Source: an uncultured Gammaproteobacteria bacterium (lineage in GTDB: Bacteria > Patescibacteriota > Microgenomatia > UBA8517 > JACQJR01). Taken from it: a DNA stretch of 55,663 nt. Of this stretch, positions 35,822 through 43,052 are shown piece after piece; position 1 is the first letter of the stretch, and each line of letters opens with the position of its first letter. The stretch is from contig CAYIKF010000001.1 of assembly GCA_964363945.1 (NCBI GenBank), positions 1 through 55,663 on the forward strand, given 5' to 3'. Under the pieces are notes generated by a model, which worked only from the letters and a program-made list of their open reading frames with translations, was not told the origin of the DNA and did no database searches. The translations under genes were made by a program, and so were the position numbers.

Positions 35822-37303
35822 TTATTGGATCCTAGCAACTAAAGAATACACTTTCTCCTTGGGAAGATCTTCTGGAATTCCACCAAAATCTTCATAAAAC
35901 ACTCGGAGCGTTGGGTCTTTATAAAAAAGTTGAAGCGCATCTTCTTTGTTTAAAATAAACGCGGCTTGCTTTGAACTTCCTCCCCAATCACCTGAAATCT
36001 TGGGATAATTTGGGTCATTAGTGAAGTAAACAGCAACACCTTTCGGAAGGTTAGGATATTTTACTTTCACTTCATTTACTAATTTTTGTGCAATTCGACC
36101 ACGGTTTGCAGCAGGATATGTTTTATCAGCAAGTGCAATAGAGATTACAGAAAGCAGGAATAATGACAAAAGAAATACACCAGCCAAAATATTAATCATA
36201 GCCCCACTTCTTTTCTTTAACCAGCTATAAGCACTAAATACTACTAACCCTACCGCCCCCCAAAACGCTGGAAGTGCCGGGGTTAAATAATATGTTTGCT
36301 TATGAAGGGGTAAAAGAAGAACAGGTGAAAGCGCAATAGGAAACCAAAATAAAAGAAACCAAAACTTTCTGTCTTTTATTGCTCTACGAAAAACAAAAAC
36401 TGCACTTGCTGTAAAAATTGTCACTGCTATACCTCCAAAAAAGAAAATACCCGAAGCATAATCTCCCCAAAATTTCATAAGATTTGGGTTAAGGTTGAAT
36501 CCAGGCTCCACGAAATCAATAAACATCTCAGGAATACCAAGGGCCCAGAGAGAGTACCAAGACAGCGAGTTAAGAATTGTTTTGGGGGATAATGTCGGCT
36601 GATACTGCGCTTCAGCGGAAGAAAACCCAATAAGAAAAAGGTCTAAGTATAAGAAAACAGACAAAACAACAAAAAACGGTATGGTTGCCTTTACATCTTG
36701 CTTAAGTCTTTTTTGAACAAACAACAATCCCAGCAAAAGTAATGGTGTTACAACTGCTAGCTCATGCGAACCAAGCGCTAAAATGAACGCAAAAAATGAC
36801 AATAAATACCATTTCCCACCTTGCTCGAGCCATTTCCAAAATGAAAGCAATGTCAGAAGCACAAAAGTTGTTGCTCCCAATGACTGCACTCCTCCCGCAA
36901 GATAGTACAAACTTCCCACATTTGCAGCGGCTATTCCAAAGAAAAATGAGATGAAGAGTGCCAACTCCCTTTTTTGAAACAATTTCTGCATCAACAAGTA
37001 CACAAGACCTACATTTAAAAAATGGATGCCAATTGAAAGAATTCTAAACGGGAGATGGTTTAAACCAAAAAGAGAATAGAAAATATTAAATAATGCTTCT
37101 CTAAAGACTGGCCGATAAAACGCAATTCCCCGCTCGATAAATGGATGAAATCCGAATAGATTAAGAAAACCACCGAGTGTCCCATCAGTTTGGCTTACTT
37201 TAAAATGGAAAAAATCATCATGGGAGAAATAAACAGAAAAGACAGGGTGATAAAGTACAAAAATTGTCCCTAAAATGATAAAGAAAACCCAATGCAATCT
37301 CAC
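35822..37303 (-). CDS. Polytopic membrane protein, putative GT-C glycosyltransferase (DD first-loop motif)
   Basis: 493 aa. The first loop FSHDDFFHFKV has an acidic dyad like PMT_2/TMTC-type GT-C enzymes. The C-terminal soluble domain is about 100 aa. The family call is weak. Confidence 0.4.
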   Translation of the reverse strand: MRLHWVFFIILGTIFVLYHPVFSVYFSHDDFFHFKVSQTDGTLGGFLNLFGFHPFIERGIAFYRPVFREALFNIFYSLFGLNHLPFRILSIGIHFLNVGLVYLLMQKLFQKRELALFISFFFGIAAANVGSLYYLAGGVQSLGATTFVLLTLLSFWKWLEQGGKWYLLSFFAFILALGSHELAVVTPLLLLGLLFVQKRLKQDVKATIPFFVVLSVFLYLDLFLIGFSSAEAQYQPTLSPKTILNSLSWYSLWALGIPEMFIDFVEPGFNLNPNLMKFWGDYASGIFFFGGIAVTIFTASAVFVFRRAIKDRKFWFLLFWFPIALSPVLLLPLHKQTYYLTPALPAFWGAVGLVVFSAYSWLKKRSGAMINILAGVFLLSLFLLSVISIALADKTYPAANRGRIAQKLVNEVKVKYPNLPKGVAVYFTNDPNYPKISGDWGGSSKQAAFILNKEDALQLFYKDPTLRVFYEDFGGIPEDLPKEKVYSLVARIQ

Positions 37304-37306
37304 GGC

Positions 37307-39025
37307 CTACATTCTAGCACGCGAAAGCCGTTTCCTCCACCATGGAAGCGCAATAAGTATTCCCCAAGAAACAAGAGAAATTAAATTTCCAGCGGTGCGG
37401 GGAAAAGTATTGTAGAGTTTGGCGTAAATTTCGTGCTCGCCTTCTGGAATGGTTATGTGCATTCGACCTAACTCGTCATTATCTCCGGTAATTTCTGTTT
37501 CTTCCCCGTCAATAAATACTCGCCAATTTGGAAATTGAAAAATATTTATTCGAACCTTTCCCTCACCTCTATCCACTCTTACCTTAAATCTTATCCAATT
37601 AGTTCCTTCTTTTGCCTCGTCTATAGCTACCTCACCCTCAACAACATCAACTGGCGTTAGTCTTGGCCCTTGAGGTGCAATTCTTGCTGTTTTTGGGAGA
37701 TAATCATAAATCCCCGCCGTCTGTTGAAGCTCCCACGCAGCGGCTGAGAATTTTTCCTCGTCACTTAAAGGACCCATGCGATCAGGTTTGAAGTAGTCAT
37801 TGTTAAACAACACTACTGCAACCAAAAGTATGATAACTAAAACTAACGTCCACCTACTTCTTACATTAAGAAGCACAGCGAGCGCTCCTATAACAAATGA
37901 AAAAGAAAGAATGACAATTGTTAAAAATCGCCAAGGAAACTGAACAATAGAAAGGAATGGTAAACTTAGCCAAATGGGAGTTGAGCGCACATGGGCCATG
38001 AAGGCGGCGGCGAAGCCAACTACAAGTAAATAGCTAATAATTAACAGTAAATTGGGTGAAATCTTTTGTTTTCTAAGAAAAACAGCTGCTGATAAAGTAG
38101 CAATTACTAGTGCCAGTATCCAGTGTATATGCCCAATTTGGAACGACATCCCGTCACCCTCACCCCACACGGATGGTCCATAGCCCCAAAATCGAGAAAA
38201 AAACAATTGATTAATATCTGCAAAATGGGCAATGTATTCGTAATATCCTTTTGTGAGTGTATCGACGTGTACCAATTTCTGCTCCAGAAGAACCGGAATA
38301 CTTGAAAAGCTAGCCAATCCTGCAGCCCATATACCTGAAATCATAAGTTGGGGAATTCTGCTCCACGCATACTTTCGCCACAACCAAAGTAAACACCAAC
38401 CAGCAAACACCGGAGTAAAGATAAGTACCATAATATTGTGCGACAAAAGGAGTGCTGTCCATGAAAGCGCTAGAATAACAATCCAACTTGTTACTTGTTT
38501 CTTATTACTTATTAACTTATACGCGCTCCACAAAATAAGCGGAAACCACACCAACGCCCATGCCTCATTCATTGCTCCCCGCACATAAACATCAACCGCA
38601 TGATACGGAGCCCACACATAAAATACACTCGACAGTACCCCGCCAAGCCGGCCCCAAAATTCGCGCGCTAAAATATACATCGTTACTGCGGACAACAGGA
38701 AACTCAAGAAAAAGGTGAGCTTCACCGTCGTAATAAAAGAAACACCTGTGAGTCTTATCACCTGCCCTACCAGATAGGGGAGTGGCGGATAGTAGTTAAA
38801 GAGTGGAAATCCATACCCATACCCCATATCCGGTACCCAACGGCAGGGAATTTGAAAATCTTTAAAGCACTTCTCCATCTCAAGCTGGCGCATCATTTGT
38901 AAATCGTCATGCATGTTGAAGTATCCAGATGTGAGCAACACGCGACCAGCAAGAAATCCTAAAAATACTACCAAGACAAGTGGCCAAAAATTAGGATGAC
39001 TCGTAATTCTTCGCAAGAATTTCAT
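37307..39025 (-). CDS. Polytopic membrane protein, YfhO/PTPS-related-type, paralog of 11568-13247
   Basis: 572 aa. MHDDLQMMRQLEMEKCFKDFQIPCRWVPDMGYGYGFPLFNYY parallels the N-terminus of 11568-13247. The C-terminal FQFPNWRVFIDGEETEI...GEHEIYAKLY plus a terminal TM helix is YfhO-like. Confidence 0.55.
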   Translation of the reverse strand: MKFLRRITSHPNFWPLVLVVFLGFLAGRVLLTSGYFNMHDDLQMMRQLEMEKCFKDFQIPCRWVPDMGYGYGFPLFNYYPPLPYLVGQVIRLTGVSFITTVKLTFFLSFLLSAVTMYILAREFWGRLGGVLSSVFYVWAPYHAVDVYVRGAMNEAWALVWFPLILWSAYKLISNKKQVTSWIVILALSWTALLLSHNIMVLIFTPVFAGWCLLWLWRKYAWSRIPQLMISGIWAAGLASFSSIPVLLEQKLVHVDTLTKGYYEYIAHFADINQLFFSRFWGYGPSVWGEGDGMSFQIGHIHWILALVIATLSAAVFLRKQKISPNLLLIISYLLVVGFAAAFMAHVRSTPIWLSLPFLSIVQFPWRFLTIVILSFSFVIGALAVLLNVRSRWTLVLVIILLVAVVLFNNDYFKPDRMGPLSDEEKFSAAAWELQQTAGIYDYLPKTARIAPQGPRLTPVDVVEGEVAIDEAKEGTNWIRFKVRVDRGEGKVRINIFQFPNWRVFIDGEETEITGDNDELGRMHITIPEGEHEIYAKLYNTFPRTAGNLISLVSWGILIALPWWRKRLSRARM

Positions 39026-40656
39026 GGTTGTTCTTCTTCCTCTGGGAGAATTAACGCTCGGGGCGTAACCTCAAATAAATAGAGGTAATCTCTTTCTCCA
39101 TACCAAATGTACTCGTGGGTGTCAGTTCTTGCTCGTATTGCTTTGGGATAAGAACCTACAACTTTTAACCCTAACTTTTCTCCTACCTCTACAGTTTTTG
39201 TAGCATCCCTCTCAAACTTGTTCAACATCCGGGAGCTATTGACAACTAAATAAACTGTATCACCTGCTCTTTTTGCGTTTTTCAACGACTCTGGTACTTC
39301 TGTTATTGTAATTCCCACACCAATAACTGTAACATTCGGAACATTCTCTAAGTATATCTGAAGGCCGTCAGGAAGTGTACCAAAAAATCCTTCAGTTCCA
39401 ACCACAATTCTTTCTCCATTTTTGATTTTTGATTTTTGATTTTTGATATATTGTGCCACTTCCCTAATCCCCGTCCCTGCAGTCCACTCTTCTAAATATC
39501 CCGACCGTTCGCTTTGTGGAAGGGATGCAGCTTCAGGATTAGTTAAAAATAAATAATCCGTTCTCAAAGCACTTGCCAAAAAGATAAGCAGTCCCACTAT
39601 AAAGATTTTTTGATATATTTTGTTTTTTGGCAAAACCGAAAGAGCCGCAAGAGTAACTAAAAATGGAATAGAAAAAAGGATATAGCGAGCGGTAATAACT
39701 TTCGCGAATTCTGCCTGGGCAAGGAGTGGGAGAAATGCCCATGCGGTAAGAATCAACGTTTGGCGTGTATATTTTTTAAGACCGATTATCACTCCAGCTA
39801 TAACTAAAATTACTAAAACGCTCGGGCCTAATATAAACAGCCATTCACGGATTCTATCTATATAGAAAATGAACGGGTCTTTGGGATTCGTCCACAGGTG
39901 GCTCAGAGGAAACACATAATCTTCATTACGTTCCCCAATCAAGCCGAAATTGGGACCAAGACGAAGAACATTGTACATTGCATAGCCAATGGCGTAGGTA
40001 ACCGTGAACAGGCCAACAAGTTTGAGGACACTCAAAAGCATCACTTTTACACTATTGCCTTTCTCGCGAAATGGTGCGAGAAGAGCGGTCACCGGCAAAA
40101 GAAGTGAGAAAAAAAGTGCTGGTGATTTGGTCAAAAGCGCACCACCCAAGGAAAATCCCGCCAACTGTGCAGTATCAAGCCGCAAGGCACGCGCGGTCAC
40201 AACACCGAAAAAGAGTGTCCATACGCCAAACATTGAGAGCATTGAGTCAACCAGCGCCATCCTGTCAAAAAACACAGCAAACGGTGAGGCAGCATACAAT
40301 AAGCCGGCGACCAATGCAGCTTTTGTGGATTTAAATAGATACCAAGCTAATAACACAACACCAACCAATGTGCCAAATCCAGCCAATACTGATACCATTC
40401 TTCCTGCAACAAGCGGGTCAGAGAAAACCTTAAGAGCGGGAATAATCAACCACATGAAAAGCGGTTGTTTTCCATCAGAGAGCGGAAGGAAACGAAGGGT
40501 GGGTTCGTTCTGCATCACCTGCGCCCACCGAATATAAATCGCCTCATCCACAAAAACAGGAATTTTCGTCAAGTTTGGGACTCTAAGGAGAAAATAAAGA
40601 AAAATAATCGCCAAACTGGCAATTATTGAAAATTTGTATTTGACAAATATCTTCAC
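39022..40656 (-). CDS. ArnT/GT39-GT83-like membrane glycosyltransferase (GT-C)
   Basis: 544 aa. The first loop is VFVDEAIYIRWAQVM...SDGKQPLFMW. It has a polytopic core and a soluble C-terminal domain of about 160 aa. ATGA overlap with the upstream gene. Confidence 0.6.
   Translation of the reverse strand: MKIFVKYKFSIIASLAIIFLYFLLRVPNLTKIPVFVDEAIYIRWAQVMQNEPTLRFLPLSDGKQPLFMWLIIPALKVFSDPLVAGRMVSVLAGFGTLVGVVLLAWYLFKSTKAALVAGLLYAASPFAVFFDRMALVDSMLSMFGVWTLFFGVVTARALRLDTAQLAGFSLGGALLTKSPALFFSLLLPVTALLAPFREKGNSVKVMLLSVLKLVGLFTVTYAIGYAMYNVLRLGPNFGLIGERNEDYVFPLSHLWTNPKDPFIFYIDRIREWLFILGPSVLVILVIAGVIIGLKKYTRQTLILTAWAFLPLLAQAEFAKVITARYILFSIPFLVTLAALSVLPKNKIYQKIFIVGLLIFLASALRTDYLFLTNPEAASLPQSERSGYLEEWTAGTGIREVAQYIKNQKSKIKNGERIVVGTEGFFGTLPDGLQIYLENVPNVTVIGVGITITEVPESLKNAKRAGDTVYLVVNSSRMLNKFERDATKTVEVGEKLGLKVVGSYPKAIRARTDTHEYIWYGERDYLYLFEVTPRALILPEEEEQP
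39418..39447. repeat. Tandem heptamer array (TTTTTGA)x4, in frame in 39022-40656
   Basis: Read directly. It encodes IKNQKSKIKN. Confidence 0.9.
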
Positions 40657-40668
40657 CCTTCAATTATA

Positions 40669-41439
40669 TCAATACTTCCCCATCAAATCATTCCACCTAA
40701 TTCTTATCATATCTTTTATAGCATCAAGGGAATCTTTGATTAATTGTACTCGCTCTGTTCCTACGTGATGCCATTCAACTGGGACTGAGGCAATTTTAAA
40801 TCCCTTTTTACGAGCTATGAAAAGTGTCTCCACATCAAATCCTGCATGAACTGCTGCTCCTACCGTCTTCATTCTCTCCCATCTATCTTTCATCTTTGGA
40901 AAGAGTGTTTCTCGTGACCGTCGATTAAAAGCTTTAAAACCACATTGCGTGTCTTTAAACGGTAAGCCTAAAATAATGTTTCTCACAATAGCAAATCCCA
41001 GTGCTACAAGTTTTCTTATTAATGGAGCCCCTTTTCTCCCCGCTCGCGAACCAATCACAATGTCGTACCCAACTTTGAATTTAGGAAGAAATTTCTCAAC
41101 TTCTGACAAGGGTGTTGCTTGATCCATATCGGTAAAAAGCGCTATCTCACCGTTAGCAGCCAATAAACCTGTCATTACCGCTAATGCTTTCCCGCCGTGT
41201 GGGTTTTCAATTAATTGCCACGCGGAGCGTGGTCCCGCTTCGCGGGAAAATTTGAGTCCTTTTATAAATTTTCTAACGAGTTCTCGCGTTCTATCGATTG
41301 ACCCATCATCAACCAAAATCACCTCATAAGAATATTTTGTATTCTTTAAGTAATTTACAACCTCACTCAAAACCTCCTTTTTAAGATTTTGCTCCTCGTT
41401 ATATGCTGGAATAATAATTGATAAATATATTTTGGTCAT
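40669..41439 (-). CDS. Polyprenyl-phosphate glycosyltransferase (Dpm1/GtrB/ArnC-like GT2)
   Basis: 256 aa with LSIIIPAYNEEQNL, LVDDGSIDRT, TDMDQ and DTQCGFKAF, the hallmark set of Dpm1/GtrB-type synthases. Contains an in-frame GC double-hairpin insert (FSREAGPRSAWQ). Confidence 0.8.
   Translation of the reverse strand: MTKIYLSIIIPAYNEEQNLKKEVLSEVVNYLKNTKYSYEVILVDDGSIDRTRELVRKFIKGLKFSREAGPRSAWQLIENPHGGKALAVMTGLLAANGEIALFTDMDQATPLSEVEKFLPKFKVGYDIVIGSRAGRKGAPLIRKLVALGFAIVRNIILGLPFKDTQCGFKAFNRRSRETLFPKMKDRWERMKTVGAAVHAGFDVETLFIARKKGFKIASVPVEWHHVGTERVQLIKDSLDAIKDMIRIRWNDLMGKY
41218..41250. repeat. GC-rich double-hairpin element (CCACGC-GGA-GCGTGG plus TCCCGC-TTC-GCGGGA) inside the Dpm1-like gene
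   Basis: Read directly. Same family as 29959-29991 but in the opposite orientation relative to the host ORF. Confidence 0.8.
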
Positions 41440-43052
41440 TTGGTTACTGGGTTACTTGGTTGCTGGGTAACCCTATGTCTCTTCTGTACAGTTATTCCTC
41501 CAAACCTCACCTCTTTCTCCACTTTACCAATATTAACTTGGCGTGCCAACCATGCATCTAACCGCTCGGGGTGTGGCGGGTCAACCTCATAGAGTGTATA
41601 AAGAAGTGGTACGTGCTCCTCTTTCGGTACTATCCCGTATCTTGTTGTCCCCCACCACAAAAATAAATAATCATAAGCATAGGGGATTACCGGCGGAACA
41701 TAAGAATCAACATTAAAAGGAGCAGCACCAGCATCTTCGTAGACCCAGTTAATTGCTTGTTTTTGATTGCCAAATGCAATCGTTGTTGGTCCATCAACAC
41801 CTGCTGTTATATATCCGCGAGCGACTGGCACGTTCACCTGTAAAAATAAGTACACAAAAATACCGAGTATCACTTTTCCAAGTATTCCTTGAGCCAACAT
41901 CCCAAGTAACACTGCAAAAATCAAAACAAAAATAAGATAGTAGCCCGTGAAGTAATAATCATACACATTCCCATAATTTCCCCGGAAAAATAACATTCCA
42001 AATAGCGCAGAAATAAAAAGAAGTAAAAGTGTAAGAAAATTACTATTTTTAAATAATTGAATTCTGTTAATCAGAAGTGAAAAAACCACAACTGCTGCAA
42101 AAAAAACTTTGTAATTTTGCGCTCCCAAAAAAATTTTAGAGAAAAAGACATCAAAATAAAAAGGGAATCTAATTTTTACAACTTCCCAAAATGAACTTTT
42201 AAAACTATCTTCTCCAAACAAAAATTTGATAATCCCCGCTCTCAAAATTCCATCATGGCGCAAATCAAAAATAATTTGGGGGAGTAAAGTGATAAGAAAT
42301 AAGCAAGAAGCAAGAAGTAATGTTCTGATATCAGGTAAGTTTTTTCGCTGCCCGCTTCGACTCGAGGCGAGCCATAGAGCAAAAATAGCAACTGCTGGAA
42401 AGTAAAAAATCTCAGCTGCACTTCCAAACTGCATTGCAAACCCTAGCATAAATCCAGTAATAATCCATGCCCACCGTTTGCCTTTTATAATTAAAAACAA
42501 AGAAAGTACAAGCAACATACTAATAAGAAACATTGGTGTGGGATTAGACAACCAACGGGAAGCATAAACTAAAGTAAAAGAAAAAGAAGCTATTGTGGCA
42601 GCTACCAGCCCCGTTATCCTACCTTGAACCATTACACCCAGAACATAAAGTACTAAGATAGCAGCAACTGTTGTGAAAGATAAGAATATAGATGGCCATA
42701 CGGGATCGCCTTTGCCAAGAAAATAAAAAGGAGCAATCAACCAATAATACCAGGGTCCTCTAAATATTCCTTCAATACCAGTTGTCGGACCAATAAGGAA
42801 AAATTTACCATTATGTAATAAGTCCCAAATAATTTTTGCATCTCTCCCTTGGTCATAATAGAATCCTAACAGCTGGTCAATTCTCCATACCCGCACCAAA
42901 AAAGCGCCTAAGAGAATTACTGCCAGAATCACGTACACGCCCTTATTGGCCGATATCTCAACATTCAAACCCCGCCACCACTCTCTTACCTCTGTTACAC
43001 TATTATCCTGAAAGGACAAGCTCTGCTTATGTAAGGGTGTAAGATTTGCCAT
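41436..43052 (-). CDS. Polytopic membrane protein, GT-C-like family B
   Basis: 538 aa. YYDQGRDAKIIWDLL...FFLIGPTTGIEGIFRGPWYYWLIAPFY is the family-B signature. 4-nt overlap with the Dpm1-like gene downstream. Confidence 0.55.
   Translation of the reverse strand: MANLTPLHKQSLSFQDNSVTEVREWWRGLNVEISANKGVYVILAVILLGAFLVRVWRIDQLLGFYYDQGRDAKIIWDLLHNGKFFLIGPTTGIEGIFRGPWYYWLIAPFYFLGKGDPVWPSIFLSFTTVAAILVLYVLGVMVQGRITGLVAATIASFSFTLVYASRWLSNPTPMFLISMLLVLSLFLIIKGKRWAWIITGFMLGFAMQFGSAAEIFYFPAVAIFALWLASSRSGQRKNLPDIRTLLLASCLFLITLLPQIIFDLRHDGILRAGIIKFLFGEDSFKSSFWEVVKIRFPFYFDVFFSKIFLGAQNYKVFFAAVVVFSLLINRIQLFKNSNFLTLLLLFISALFGMLFFRGNYGNVYDYYFTGYYLIFVLIFAVLLGMLAQGILGKVILGIFVYLFLQVNVPVARGYITAGVDGPTTIAFGNQKQAINWVYEDAGAAPFNVDSYVPPVIPYAYDYLFLWWGTTRYGIVPKEEHVPLLYTLYEVDPPHPERLDAWLARQVNIGKVEKEVRFGGITVQKRHRVTQQPSNPVTK

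Noticed and set aside
40004-40537. Long plus-strand ORFs in the track, considered as real genes: 40004-40537, 34671-35105, 45753-46193 and 3252-3590; also the nested minus-strand ORF 43410-43799
   Set aside because: Each lies wholly inside a much longer ORF with clear family motifs, on the opposite strand or in another frame. Their translations are low-complexity or basic shadow products (runs of K/R/S/P/T) with no motifs. I treat them as spurious.
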